A stretch of 64,000 bases of DNA from assembly GCF_006345805.1 (NCBI RefSeq), contig NW_021831752.1:248001-312000 (forward strand). Direction: 5' to 3'. Position numbers and translations under genes: made by a program. Within the stretch, counting starts at the first letter, position 1; the number at the start of each line of letters is the position of its first letter. The notes beneath the pieces are model-generated. The model had not been told where the DNA came from. It was given only the letters and a program-made list of their open reading frames with translations, and did no database searches. This document shows, in pieces, positions 25,481 to 39,063 of this stretch. Source of the stretch: Octopus sinensis (lineage: Eukaryota).

Positions 25481-27715
25481 TCTTAATAATAAAATGGTAT
25501 GGTGTGTGTCTGTCTGTGTGTCTGTCTGTCTGTGTGTCTGTCTGTCTGTCTGTCTGTCTGTGTGTGCACACCAACTTCAAATTGGCAATACGATGTCCTC
25601 GACTTACATGATGAGGTCCTTAAAACCTTCCCCCCCAAAAAAATTAAAAAAAAATTTTCTGCATTTTGGTTAAAATGAACAACTACAATGTCCTCGACTT
25701 ACATGATGAAGTCCTTAAAACCTTCCCCCCAAAAAAAATTAAAAAAAATTTTCTGCATTTTGGTTAAAATGAACAACTACAATGTCCTCGACTTACATGA
25801 TGAAGTCCTTAAAACCTTCCCCCCCAAAAAAAATTAAAAAAAATTTTCTGCATTTTGGTTAAAATGAACAACTACAATGTCCTCGACTTACATGATGAGG
25901 TCCTTAAAACCTTCCCCCCAAAAAAAATTAAAAAAAAATTTTCTGCATTTTGGTTAAAATGAACAACTACAATGTCCTCGACTTACATGATGAAGTCCTT
26001 AAAACCTTCCCCCCCAAAAAAATTAAAAAAAAATTTTCTGCATTTTTGGTAAAATGAACAACTACAATGTCCTCGACTTACATGATGAAGTCCTTAAAAC
26101 CTTCCCCCCCAAAAAAAATTAAAAAAAAATTTTCTGCATTTTGGTTAAAATGAACAACTACAATGTCCTCGACTTACATGATGAAGTCCTTAAAACCTTC
26201 CCCCCCAAAAAAATTAAAAAAAAAATTTCTCTGCATTTTGGTTAAAATGAACAACTACAATGTCCTCGACTTACATGATGAAGTCCTTAAAACCTTCCCC
26301 CCCAAAAAAATTAAAAAAAATTTTCTGCATTTTGGTTAAAATGAACAACTACAATGTCCTCAACTTACATGATGAAGTCCTTAAAACCTTCCCCCCCAAA
26401 AAAATTAAAAAAAAATTTTCTGCATTTTGGTTAAAATGAACAACTACAATGTCCTCGACTTACATGATGAAGTCCTTAAAACCTTCCCCCCCAAAAAATC
26501 AAAAAATTATTTTCTCTGCATTTTGATTAAAATGAACAACGCGAATGTCCTCGACATTCATGATGAGGTCCATTAAAACCTTCAAGGCAAAAATCTCACG
26601 TATTAAGAATATCCTTGATGAAAACGACAGCGAGAATATTAACAATGATGAACTCCCAATTATTCGCGATAAAGAAATTCAATTCATCCTATGTTTTTCT
26701 CTTTAAAATTAATGCATATATCATTATCGACCATGAATCAAAATTAAAGCTATTATCATATTTGACTTTGACAGAATGTGCAATCACAGATTGCACGACT
26801 TTGAATAGAGTGTGCAATTAACAGATTTTGAAAAACCACTTTGATAGTTGAAACCAGATTAGCACAATCATTAACACAATTTACCACCAATTGACGCACG
26901 ACCTTGAATAGAGTGTGCAATTAACTGATTTTGAAAAACACTTTGATAGTTGAAACCACATTAGCACAATCATTAACACAATTTACCACCAATTGACAGC
27001 GCAATCAGAAGAATTTGCGTAAAAATATTAGCTATTTAGTTAAGTTTTTCGTGAAGATAGAATTTATTTTCGGTATGCCTCTTTTCCTAAATTTTTTTAT
27101 TATTCAAAAATAATTTTTTCAATAGATAACCGAAAGAGGGAAGACGACCTTAAGAAAAGAAGTTTTTCGTAAAGATAGAATTTATTTTCTGTATGCCTCT
27201 TTTTTCCTAATATTTTTTATTATTCAAAAATAATTTTTTAAATAGATAACCGAAGGAGGAAAAATGAAGCTGAAGAAAGATGGCTAACGTAATAGAGGCG
27301 ACGATATTAACAGGTAAGTATTGAGGTGAGGATGTTTATATTCCACGAATTCCGATAATTTCTGATGAATTACCATTTAGATTTAAAAGGCTGCAATTTC
27401 CTTTGAGGATGAGTTTTGCAATGACAATAAACAAGGCCCAGGGACAGTCATTAAAGGTAGTTGGGTTATTTTTAGAGAGTGAGTGCTTTTCACATGGACA
27501 GCTGTATGTGGGATGCTCGAGGGTAGGCAGAAGAGAAAATTTATTCATATATGCCAAGGAAGGACGGACGACAAACATCGTTTATCAACAGGCGATAGAA
27601 TAGGGTTACATTAAACCAGGTAGTTTTATACATCTACATAAACTTATAGTTGTTTGATGAAACAGGCCCTCCGCAGGAGCTAGGTCGCGGTGAGCGAAGC
27701 GAGCTGCCGAGCTAG
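25481..27715 (+). mobile_element. Non-autonomous Helitron copy 1
   Basis: A|TC start, (GTCT)n microsatellite, central tandem array, PIF1 helicase C-terminal remnant (FAMTINKAQGQSL..FSHGQLYVGCSRV), GCGAAGC-capped hairpin, CTAG|T end, no TSD. Confidence 0.92.
25590..26575 (+). repeat. ~94-bp tandem repeat, about 11 units, inside Helitron 1
   Basis: Unit AAAATGAACAACTACAATGTCCTCGACTTACATGATGAAGTCCTTAAAACCTTC(n)A(n)TTA(n)TTTTCTGCATTTTGGTT, counted by eye; last unit degenerate. Confidence 0.95.
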
Positions 27716-28590
27716 TCATTTGTTAAACTTATGATTTTTATTGATTTAACCGAAAATCTTACGGAATTAATTAAAAAATATTTATTTATTTTAATTTATT
27801 ATTATTGTTTTATCATTAAACGTTTTCGTTTTCTTGTCTGATGGTTAGGATACTAAAAATTGAGTCGGAAAATCTAGGGTTAGGGTTAGGGTTATGCGCT
27901 AAAATTAAAGATTTAGAAACCGGGGAAGAAATTAAAATTAGCAAATCAAGAATAAAAAATTATAAAAATAACTTTAATTTTGAATTAATCTGTATTTTTA
28001 ATTCTCTTCTTTCCATATTTCTTCAAGTAATTTAACGGCAGTATGTTGTCCCCCTTCTCTATATTTGTTTCTTCATAATAAAATAATTCATAGGTTTATA
28101 TTTTTAAATCAGAACTGAATGATCGAAGTTTATTCATAAGAACCGTCTTTAAATAATATATATAAAGACTTTAAAAATTTATTAAATTTATTGTTAATAG
28201 AAATTTATTTTTTAAAATTTTTAGAATACAATTCTGCAGCATTTAGAGTAAAGTTAAAAATACAATTTTTTTAAATTCAAAACAATATAATATTTCCGGA
28301 TTTTTGCCCGCGATCATGTATAGTCTTGGTGAGATACCTTCCATTACTATGTTCTGAACTCTGTGTTCTTTTTTATTTGTATTCATTTTTGTCGTTCGTG
28401 TCAAAGATGTTTAACAAATGATTAAAGATGATTAATGTAGATCATCACCCCGGACGATATAAACGGGCCGGACGCTATAACACACCACAATTATTATTAT
28501 TTTAAAGTAATTTATATACCGCAAACTTTAATTGGTGATACCGCAATTTGGTCATAAATTATTTTTGAGTATTTTTTAAATCCTGAATTA

Positions 28591-30716
28591 TCTTAATAAT
28601 AAAATGGTATGGTGTGTTGTCTGTCTGTGTGTCTGTCTGTCTGTGTGTCTGTCTGTCTGTCTGTCTGTCTGTGTGTGCACACCAACTTCAAATTGGCAAT
28701 ACGATGTCCTCGACTTACATGATGAGGTCCTTAAAACCTTCCCCCCCAAAAAAATTAAAAAAAAATTTTCTTTCTGCATTTTGGTTAAAATGAACAACTA
28801 CAATGTCCTCGACTTACATGATGAAGTCCTTAAAACCTTCCCCCCAAAAAAATTAAAAAAAAATTTTCTGCATTTTGGTTAAAATGAACAACTACAATGT
28901 CCTCGACTTACATGATGAGGTCCTTAAAACCTTCCCCCCAAAAAAAATTAAAAAAAATTTTCTGCATTTTGTTAAAATGAACAACTACAATGTCCTCGAC
29001 TTACATGATGAAGTCCTTAAAACCTTCCCCCCAAAAAAATTAAAAAAAATTTTCTGCATTTTGGTTAAATGAACAACTACAATGTCCTCGACTTACATGA
29101 TGAAGTCCTTAAAACCTTCCCCCCCAAAAAAAATTAAAAAAAAATTTTCTCTCATTTTGGTTAAAATGAACAACTACAATGTCCTCGACTTACATGATGA
29201 AGTCCTTAAAACCTTCCCCCCAAAAAAATTAAAAAAAAATTTTCTGCATTTTGGTTAAAATGAACAACTACAATGTCCTCGACTTACATGATGAAGTCCT
29301 TAAAACCTTCCCCCCCAAAAAAATTAAAAAAAATTTTCTGCATTTTGGTTAAAATGAACAACTACAATGTCCTCAACTTACATGATGAAGTCCTTAAAAC
29401 CTTCCCCCCAAAAAAAATTAAAAAAAATTTTCTGCATTTTGGTTAAAATGAACAACTACAATGTCCTCGACTTACATGATGAAGTCCTTAAAACCTTCCC
29501 CCCAAAAAATCAAAAAATTATTTTCTGCATTTTGATTAAAATGAACAACGCGAATGTCCTCGACATTCATGATGAGGTCCATTAAAACCTTCAAGGCAAA
29601 AATCTCACGTATTAAGATATCCTTGATGAAAACGACAGCGAGAATATTAACAATGATGAACTCCAATTATTCGCGATAAAGAAATTCAATTCATCCTATG
29701 TTTTTCTCTTTAAAATTAAATGCATATATCATTATCGACCATGAATCAAAATTAAAGCTATTATCATATTTGACTTTGACAGAATGTGCAATCACAGATT
29801 GCACGACTTTGAATAGAGTGTGCAATTAACAGATTTTGAAAAACCACTTTGATAGTTGAAACCAGATTAGCACAATCATTAACACAATTTACCACCAATT
29901 GACGCACGACCTTGAATAGAGTGTGCAATTAACTGATTTTGAAAAACACTTTGATAGTTGAAACCACATTAGCACAATCATTAACACAATTTACCACCAA
30001 TTGACAGCGCAATCAGAAGAATTTGCGTAAAAATATTAGCTATTTAGTTAAGTTTTTCGTGAAGATAGAATTTATTTTCGGTATGCCTCTTTTCCTAAAT
30101 TTTTTTATTATTCAAAAATAATTTTTTCAATAGATAACCGAAAGAGGGAGACGACCTTAAGAAAAGAAGTTTTTCGAAAGATAGAATTTATTTTCTGTAT
30201 GCCCTTTTTTTCTAATATTTTTTATTATTCAAAAATAATTTTTTAAATAGATAACCGAAGGAGGAAAAATGAAGCTGGAAAGATGGCTAACGTAATAGAG
30301 GCGACGATATTAACAGGTAAGTATTGAGGTGAGGATGTTTATTTCCACGAATTCCGATAATTTTCTGGAATTACCATTTAGATTTAAAAGGCTGCAATTT
30401 CCTTTGAGGATGAGTTTTGCAATGACAATAAACAAGGCCCAGGGACAGTCATTAAAGGTAGTTGGGTTTATTTTAGAGAGTGAGTGCTTTTCACATGGAC
30501 AGCTGTATGTGGGATGCTCGAGGGTAGGCAGAAGAGAAAATTTATTCATATATGCCAAGGAAGGACGGACGACAAACATCGTTTATCAACAGGCGATAGA
30601 ATAGGGTTACATTAAACCGGTGTATTTATACATCTCTACATAAACTTATAGTTGTTTGATGAACAGGCCCTCCGCAGGAGCTAGGTCGCGGTGAGCGAAG
30701 CGAGCTGCCGAGCTAG
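28591..30716 (+). mobile_element. Non-autonomous Helitron copy 2 (near-identical to copy 1)
   Basis: Same TC start, microsatellite, array, PIF1 remnant (30329-30604) and CTAG|T end; different flanking DNA. Confidence 0.92.
28700..29580 (+). repeat. ~94-bp tandem repeat, about 10 units, inside Helitron 2
   Basis: Same unit as 25590-26575, about one unit shorter, with the same ordered terminal variants. Confidence 0.95.
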
Positions 30717-31030
30717 TCAATTATATTTTTGCTTATTTCATTTTTTAGTTTATTGCATTTTTAATTTAACTGACATATTTTAGGCTGTTTATTGAGTTAT
30801 TTTAATTTATTGATATTCTTATTGCTAATATCAGATTCATCAAAATTTCAATTCAGATCAATTTTATTATCTTTTATGGTTTTCTGTTTTTTTAGACCAA
30901 CTCGGTAATATAAAATAAGCCGTAATTTTATTTTAATTGTTACGTAGAAACCTCGTCACTATAAATTGACTTATTCGAAAAAAACAATTTTAGTTAATTT
31001 CTATAAGGAAAGTAACATGTTTATGATAAT

Positions 31031-31822
31031 TTAATTAATTGTTGGAGATGACATCAAATCTTTTTCGGAATCCATTTGCTGTTCGTTTAGGTAATATCTC
31101 GGAGTCAGGTTTGTTGAATAGCAATTGTTAATTAAAATTTTATTGATAGGTATATTTTCCTCGTTTGTTTTAAAATCATTTAGTTGGTGGATTAGGTCCT
31201 AAAAATATCAAAAATATATCGACAATTCCATTGAGGACTTTTCCAAAAACCACGTGCGTGTTATCAAGCCAGCGAGCTTTGGCGTTGAGAATGAAAAACT
31301 GGCATCCGTTAGAGAGGTCCACTGTTGGCCATTGAAACCCACCCTCGACCTCGATGACTTAGTTGGAAAGATTCGTCCCGAAAAGGTCCACCAAATGCAC
31401 TCATTCCTGATTAAATCACAAAAATTACTAAACTTCCTGAACCATCGAATTTGTCCGCGTCTCCCATTTGCATCATGAAATCTTTAACAATTTTATGAAT
31501 TGGAGAATTTTTATATGAATATTTGTTCTACATATTTTGGAAATATATTGAAACCCCGTTAAACTCAAATCCTTTCACGAATGTGAGAAAGTTGAGCACT
31601 GTTATTGGAACTGCCTCACCAAATAGCCCGATCGTTATATTTTTTATTTCAGCCTATCAAAATAGCTACAAGTTAAACTTTTCTCTCATTTTGGATTTTA
31701 ATTTCAATGTTTGCAAGTGCAGTTACCACTCGGTTTACGTCATAATGCTTTTCGTTGGCATTGAGAGTCGAGAGATTTGAATTAATTTTAGCACAAAAAA
31801 TGAATATCAAAAAGTAAATCAT
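31031..31822 (-). CDS. Secreted-type cyclophilin (PPIB/PPIC-like), divergent active site
   Basis: Four 25-27 nt introns. Hydrophobic N-terminus, [58 protein letters not shown]. Not visible in the ORF track because exons are short. Confidence 0.85.
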
Positions 31823-32133
31823 TCACATTGAGAATTCCTACCAAATTTTATACTCTGTAAGCAAGCTGTTATCCGGGAATTAATTATATTAGCATATGTT
31901 TTATTCTTTCCACTTAAGTCGATATAATGAATTGTTTGTCTCACCTATTGCTTTATGAAATGCCATCTGGACTATTTTAAATACTCGACTGTTTTATATT
32001 TCCCAAAACCTATTTAAAAGACTTAGTTTTCCTTCTTCATTATGAATGAATAAAAGCTATTTCAATAATTTATTGAATAGATTTAAATATAAATTACTCC
32101 TCTAGATTCCTGGAACTGTAAATGATATGTTCC

Positions 32134-34908
32134 TTAATTTTCTTCACCATCATCAACGACCGTTGTATCACCACATGAAGAAGATTGAAGGACCATCATT
32201 GCATAACCCTTCAGTTCATCGTCCAACTCCTCGAGGACATTTGTGTACATCTCACTCTTCGTAACATCCCACTTCATTAATTCAGATGCAATCTAAACAA
32301 TTACTCAATCAAACTACTTTCTGATTCAAAACACTCAAACGTAGAAATATTTTAAGGAAACAATTTTTAAGAATAAGTTGTGAATTGGAAATAGTCTTGT
32401 CGCGCATACATTTTTGATATTTCAAAAACAATTCAAGCTCAATCGAAAACTTGTTGTTTGCTTCTGTGACCATTTTATCATATTTTTCCTGCAGCAAATC
32501 CTAAATAAATTAAACGTTGCCTGATAGACTAACGTAGCACTTTTTTTCAATCTCATCAATTGCCTGGGAACACTGCTGCTGTGCTAGTTGGCCACTATCC
32601 TCCGTTTTTTTACGAAGTTCTGCTACTGCTGTCTTATAGTTTCCCTTGGTGCAATGCTTCTTCAACTCCGCTTCATTGTTAACCAAATTCTTCTTCAAAT
32701 TACTGCAATATTTGTTGGTCTTTTTATTTAATCGAAGGACATTACGCTACAAACAATGCACAAAAATCACACCTTCAGTAGTTTAGCAAGGATGACGCGA
32801 TTTTCTGACACATCTGAGGCCATTTGATTAATTTTGTTAATGTTTTGGTTATTTTGGTTGTTTTTTTCCACAGCCTGCATCCTGTCCAGTTGCTCTATAA
32901 CCAGATTCGACAGATTAGTTTGATTTTCAATTTCGATGGATGCCAATATTTCGTGTTGCCTAATAATCGTGTCGTGCACAATTTTGTTTTGAGAATCCAC
33001 CATTTCATTAAACTGAAAGATTTTGCAAAAAACTAACTTTGGCCCTCAAATCGTTGACAAAACTAATTTTGTCGATGACCATTGCTTCTTGGAAATTGAA
33101 AAGTATTTTTGAAGCATTGACCGACGCCTCAGTTTGGAACTCTTCCAGCTTTGCATTCATCGTCTCTCTGGCCTTATCAACAATGGCAGGATTCTTCTTC
33201 TACACAAATTATATTTAAGTAAACGTTGGTTTTTTTGGAGATTCTAAAAGAATTTTTCTGCAGATCCCTAAATGAGGCCACGTTCTGTGTCATTTCTCGC
33301 TGGACAGTCGCACCAAATTTTTTCATTTCCTCTGCATGTTTCTTTTTCTGAAACATTGACTAAACAAGAGAGCACATGACTATCAAGCGCAGCATGCTGT
33401 TTTGCTATAAATTTGGAAATGACTTTTTTTCGAGTTTCCAAAATTATTTCAAATTCTTTGTTAAATTCCTGTTTTTTCTGAACGATTAAATGATCGCATT
33501 TCGCTTCCAACTGCCATTTTAGAAACAACCACACCTCAGAATATGCCAACGACATTTCACTCCGAAGTTTAGAGTATTCATTAAAGTCGTCCTTGAATGA
33601 CCTTTTTCTTACAAATAAAAACGTCTTGACATCAAATTTGGCATTTTGATTGCGATAATTTTCCAAAAGTTCGAAAATTGAGGAAACCTGGCAAATCACC
33701 TTCAAAAAACTCACATCACTGTCAATATCAATATCCAACGACTCCTTTGAACTGTCAATGATGGAGGGCGATAAAGGATCTATATCGGGGCTCTCCTATA
33801 TATATGAACAATACTTTATCATCGAGAACATCAGTGAAGGTTGGAGTCACGTCCAGTAACTCATCTCTGGTAGATTCTTTAACTCGTTTGATCAAATCCA
33901 CGATAACTTGTACTGGGTCTTTCTTTACATCAAAAAACGGATGCTTAAACCAATAAATTGACAAAATATAAACTTGTAGCAAATCCTGTGCAGAAGGACG
34001 CATTTGAGGGGACTTGACAAGCACTTTGGATAAAAAATTAGAAAAATTATGATCCCAATCCAACACGGACTTTAATTTTGGAGGCTCACTCTGAGAAATC
34101 TGATAAATTGCACTCATCGCGTTCATGTGGTGGAGAGGTGGCTTGGTCTCGGCTAGAAGTGCTGAAAAATAAACAACCCAATTCAATGCACATAATTCCC
34201 AACGACCACAAGTCAACTTTCTGATTGTAGGACCCGTGGTCAGCCGAATTGATGATTTCTGGGGCAATCCAGTACGGAGTGCCCACAAACGACTTGCATG
34301 GAATTTTGAGAGTCGTCGATCCAAAATCGGCTAAAAATATAAACAATTTCAAAACCAATCTTAACGATTCCGTCGTCAGTGAAAAGCACATTACTTCCCT
34401 TGATGTCTCTATGCATCATATTTTGTTTGTGCATAAAATCCAATGCCAAAAGAGTCTTTAAAGTGACAATGGCAATTTCAATTTCGAGAAGAGGGGAGTT
34501 GGTGGCTACAATAAAATGACGAAAAAACCGTCAAGAATGTCCGCAAACGACCCCAGACAGTAGTTCATCACCATCTACAGTGTCCTATATCCTCATACCC
34601 AGACAGTGTCGGAAGTTCGGTAGGCATTTAAGCATTCGATTATGTTCGGATGATCTAATCTTTTAATAATTTGAATTTCGTTGATAATCATAGCCAATTT
34701 CTGGAATTGATTTGAATTTTATACTTCTTTTGACTGCTTTCCGTGTATTTTTATTACTTTTACTGCCACAAACTTGTTACTTCCGTTGTAGCAAGCCTGG
34801 TTTGACAAAAAATGACTATACTCTGAAAACTGAACCAAAATTTCCGTGTCCGATTTTTACAAATTTTGTAAATAGTGATTCTGGGTTGGTTTCGATGAAA
34901 AAGCTCAT
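32134..34908 (-). CDS. TAO (thousand-and-one) family STE20 kinase with coiled-coil tail
   Basis: [81 protein letters not shown]; many 23-25 nt introns. Tail exons approximate. Confidence 0.9.
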
Positions 34909-35770
34909 CTAAGGATGCTTTTTGACCTACTAAAGACACACAAAAAAAACACAATTTAATTAGTATTTTAAATATTTATTCAACAATTTTAACTAATTAC
35001 AATTATGTTTTTTGAATAATGAATTGAATTAAAGAAAACAGACATTGAGATTAAAAATATAAATTAAATCTAAATAATTTTGAATATTGTTTTGTGGTTA
35101 TTGGATTAAATATCGTTGGAAATTAAATTTATTTGTAAATATAAAAGCAACATTATTCGGGAAAATAAGATTAAATATAATCAACTTATTAAAAACAAAT
35201 TTATTTTGTCTGAATAAATGTTGGTGTACTGAGAATATCACTACAAATTGTGTTTATTGGGATGAAATAAGTTTGTAGTAGTTCATCCAGATTATAGATT
35301 TGATCCGGCTTATACGATTTAGAAATTTCTTTAAATTCTTAATTTAAACTATTGATTTTCATTAATAATTTTTGATTATTGTATCCATTTATTCTACCAA
35401 TTTTTTTAAGCGTAATAAATTTTGGTTTGTGGGCATTTTTAAAAGAATTTCGTAAAATAGAGTCTTATCAAGCAAAAGTTTATTTCAAAATTGTTTTGCG
35501 AAATAAATTTTAGAACCAGAAACATCAACAACTTCTTCATTTTAGCTAAGAAATTGCTTTTAAAGTGACTCGAATATAACCTTCAAATTTTCTAATTTAA
35601 AAAAGTTTATAAAATAAATTAAAAAATTGTGACGAATTTGAAAATTGGAAATTCAGAAGTTTTTTTTAAATTGCTGACGAAAAAACAATAAATCTTCATC
35701 GGAGTTTATTTATTAATTATTAAAAAAATATATTTATGCTTAAAATTATTTTTAAATTAAACAGGCACGA

Positions 35771-36378
35771 ATGAATGCCACTCGTGTTGCATATTTAAGC
35801 TGGATTGCAAATAAAGTATTACAAATATAAATTTTATTTAAAAGGAACAAAAATCAGCAATATTACACTTATTTACTCCACCCACCAGAACTTACTCCAA
35901 AGTAAACGATTGGGTCCCCGTCTATACCGGCTCTCTGACCAGCCGGGTAAAGGCAGTCAAGGGATTCTCCCTCTTCTCTAGTATTGCCGGAGTTGGACTG
36001 CAGGGAGGACTACTTGTGGGTGGGAAATTGACTCTCTCTGCCCTGGGGATGGTTGTTCTTGCATCTTTTAATCTGTTTGTCATCACAACTCCTCTTATTC
36101 TGCACATGATTACTCGAAACTACGTGACTGAATTGCTTTATTCGCCCCGCATGGATCAATATAAAATAAAAACCTGCTCTTTGTGGTTGAGAGAGGTCAC
36201 CTGTGAGGTAGTAAGGTCGGAAATTGACTTTCCCTCCATTCCGGGGATTTTTGAGACTTTCAGAGTTGGGAAACGGTCGTTTTTTGTTGTTGATGATGGG
36301 TTCAGATCGATTTCTGACTTGAACCGGTTTTGTTATAAAAATGATATAAAATATTCAGAAAGTAATAAATTTGGTTAA
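35771..36378 (+). CDS. TMEM70: Mitochondrial ATP synthase assembly factor TMEM70
   Basis: VYTGSLTSRVKAVKGFSLFSS, ITTPLILHMITRNYVTEL and PGIFETF match the TMEM70 pattern; one short intron. Confidence 0.85.
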
Positions 36379-36441
36379 TTTATGATTTTTTTAATTATTA
36401 TTTTTTTAAGAATTAATTTTATTGTTTTTTCTGTGGTGGTG

Positions 36442-36921
36442 ATGACAAATAAGATACTTAAAGATAAAAGTGAATTAACAGCACTGCTTAAAAAACGAAG
36501 TGAAATTGCAGAATCTTTGGCTTCATTAGAAAGACAAATCTACGCTTTTGAAGGCAGTTACCTCGAAGAGACGTCAAAATATGGCAATATGGTCACTGGT
36601 TGGGACGACTATCTATCAAATAAGTATATTTGTTTAAATAAAATACAGTAAAATACAATCTCCTGATCAAAAACGTAAAAAAATAAAAGAATGTGACCGA
36701 ATCTTTTCAAATTCGTCAATCACCTCGAAATATGTAATTTTTATGATTTATTTTAGATTGTCGGAATTGACCAGTCTGGTGACACTGGGGCGGAGGAAGT
36801 GGTGGATATTTCGAAAACTACCAAAAAGGATTCAGACAATCAATTTATATTTTCTCTTAGGAATGCAATGTCTAATTCCCCTTCTGATAAGTCTAAAAAA
36901 AGGTCTTCCACTAGACGTTGA
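36442..36921 (+). CDS. MEAF6: Chromatin modification-related protein MEAF6/EAF6
   Basis: [59 protein letters not shown]; short introns. Confidence 0.9.
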
Positions 36922-37009
36922 TTTTTGTCATTTTTTCTTACAAGCATATTTGTATTTAATTTTAAATTGTTAGTAAATTCGATTATATAAAGCTGTATTA
37001 TTCCTAATG

Positions 37010-37642
37010 TACTTTGGATTCAAAAATCAAAAAGGTTAGACTCACTCTATCCAAAGCGTAATTACCAATGATTGTGCTGAATTACGAGTTGACACTACTA
37101 TCCTTACCGAATCAAAAATTCAATATAACAAGCCGGACATTTTCCTATACGACAAAAAATTAAACCACATATGGCTAATAGAGATTGGAGTGACGTGTGT
37201 GGATAATTTAAAAGCAGTTGAAGTTGAAAAACTTCATAAATATGATATCCTGGCAAGTGAATTAGAAATCATTTACAAAGTCAAAATACTTCCGATTGTC
37301 ATTACCTGGGATGCGATCACCTCCAAGTATTTTAAAATATACATGGATTTGATTGGCATTAAAAACAGTGTTCTGGCATACATCCAAACGATTGCATTAA
37401 AGAAGACGTTGGAAGGAATGTTCGTAGAATATAAACATGGTTTCGAAAACGTAATGACTAAAGCATTAATTCTCAGCAAAGATTATGCCGTGTGGAACAC
37501 TCAACAAAGGGGAGCTAACTCGATGAAGAGGAGACATGATGAGGTGACAGAAAACGAATACTCTGAGGAAGGACAGAATAATAGTAAGAGGATCACAAAA
37601 GATGATGGTGCTGTTCAGGGAAGCCCAAGACCAGTAAATTGA
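37010..37642 (+). mobile_element. RLE-type retroelement 3' remnant (restriction-like endonuclease)
   Basis: YNKPDIFLYDKK..WLIEIGVTCVDNLKAVEVEKLHKYDILASEL..ILPIVITWDAI..YIQTIALKKTLEGM; same family as 13480 and 59600. Confidence 0.8.
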
Positions 37643-37869
37643 AAAATTTAATTAATCTAACTTTTAATCCACGTCTTAATTCTAATGTACTATTTGTAGT
37701 ACTTAAAGGTTTTTGTAAGTCTTTCTCTTACGTTTTTCGGCGGGTAATTTTCTATATAAGCCTTTAGTAAAATGTTCCTAACTAACGAGGATTATCACTT
37801 TTGTTAAGAAATGCGAGATTATTAACGTTTTAGTTTTATTGAATCACTTGTTTTTTCTACGCTGTTCAT

Positions 37870-38850
37870 TCACTAATGAATTAAGATTGATATATTATAC
37901 TTCTTGGCCGATAATTCTCTGCATAGTCCTTTCTTTTGCCAGACTTTGGAATAATACGCACGATTCACTTGTTCCAAAAGTCTGATAAGTATCCACATGT
38001 CAAACTTGCATTTTATAAAGCGGTTTAGTATTGTAGAAGAATTTCCGGGCATGTTTGAAGACAGAAATCGGAATGTAGTCATACCCATGTGCGTTATTTT
38101 TGCAGCCTATGTGCTTCTTATAACGTTATGGAATGGAACAGTTTGCTTGGAGCTAATTAGTGCTTCACGTACAATTTTTTTAGGAATCGTATCAATCGGG
38201 TGCACCTTTTGAGTTTTAGCTACTTGTTCCAGCAGACATGAGAGAATCTCTTCAAGCAGTCCATCAGCCGATTTTAGCTGGATCTTTTCTCCTTTGCTCT
38301 CTATATGACTGAATCGATTAAAAATCTTTAAAAATTGATGGTTTTTTTTATTCAGTTTCGAGCACAGATTTTTCCAAGAGGAGTTTGAATGTTTTCTTGT
38401 GAAATGATTTATCTCTGTTTTATGATAATAACTTTCTCCCGAAGACAAGTACAGTCCAAAGGGTCAAAACATCGTCTTAACTTCTTTTCATTTGATGTAC
38501 TTTTTGACCGAAGATTTTTGAAGAAAATCCAGTATAGCTTCTCTGAGAGTTTTATCAAGTTTCTCGATCTGTATATTTGAGATGTTTTCAATTGGATGCT
38601 GTATCATTGCTATCTCGAAGTAGGACCATGTCTGTCATTATTAACACCAAATTGGCAGATACAGTCAGATCAAGTCTATTTTATGTTCATTACTTTATTT
38701 TCATCAACCCAATCAGATCGGATATCAATCACAATAACTTTTTAAAGATTTTCCACAATATTGTCGATCAACGCGAAGGAGACTCTTTATTATTTAGTTT
38801 TAAATTGTTATATTAAGCTTTATTATTACTGATAGGAGACTCCGTATTAA
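37870..38850 (-). pseudogene. Decayed LINE ORF2 remnant (endonuclease-RT linker)
   Basis: NNAHGYDYIPISVFKHA and VRIIPKSGKRKDYAENYRPRSI resemble the corresponding part of the LINE at 14012-16050. Confidence 0.6.
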
Positions 38851-39063
38851 TAAAATTGACAATTCTTCCCAAAATCATTTCAGATCAGCAAACTTATTCT
38901 CAGCACTAAACACATATTAACTACCCCAAACTTACACCAAATAAGCACATCAATCAAACCAAAACAGTCAAAAAAACTCTACATATATCAGTACCAAAAA
39001 TCTATTTAAATAACAAAAAATAAATCCTGAAATCATTTTAAATGTGAAAAATGTAAATTTGAA

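Larger units (their letters stand above)
25413..28489. mobile_element. TGT...ACA TIR element with 5-bp TSD; a Helitron is inserted in its left TIR
   Basis: ATTAT duplicated at 25408-25412 and 28490-28494. The left TIR, rejoined across 25481-27715, matches the reverse complement of ~28405-28489. Internal TAGGGTTAGGGTTAGGGTT near 27876. Confidence 0.85.

Noticed and set aside
28604-29666. Cys-rich and Lys-rich ORFs in the ORF track (MVWCVVCLCVCLSV..., MNNYNVLDLH...)
   Set aside because: These are translations of the GTCT microsatellite and the tandem array; no domain evidence.
25481-30716. Segmental duplication explaining the two Helitron copies
   Set aside because: Identity stops exactly at the TC and CTAG termini; the flanks are unrelated.
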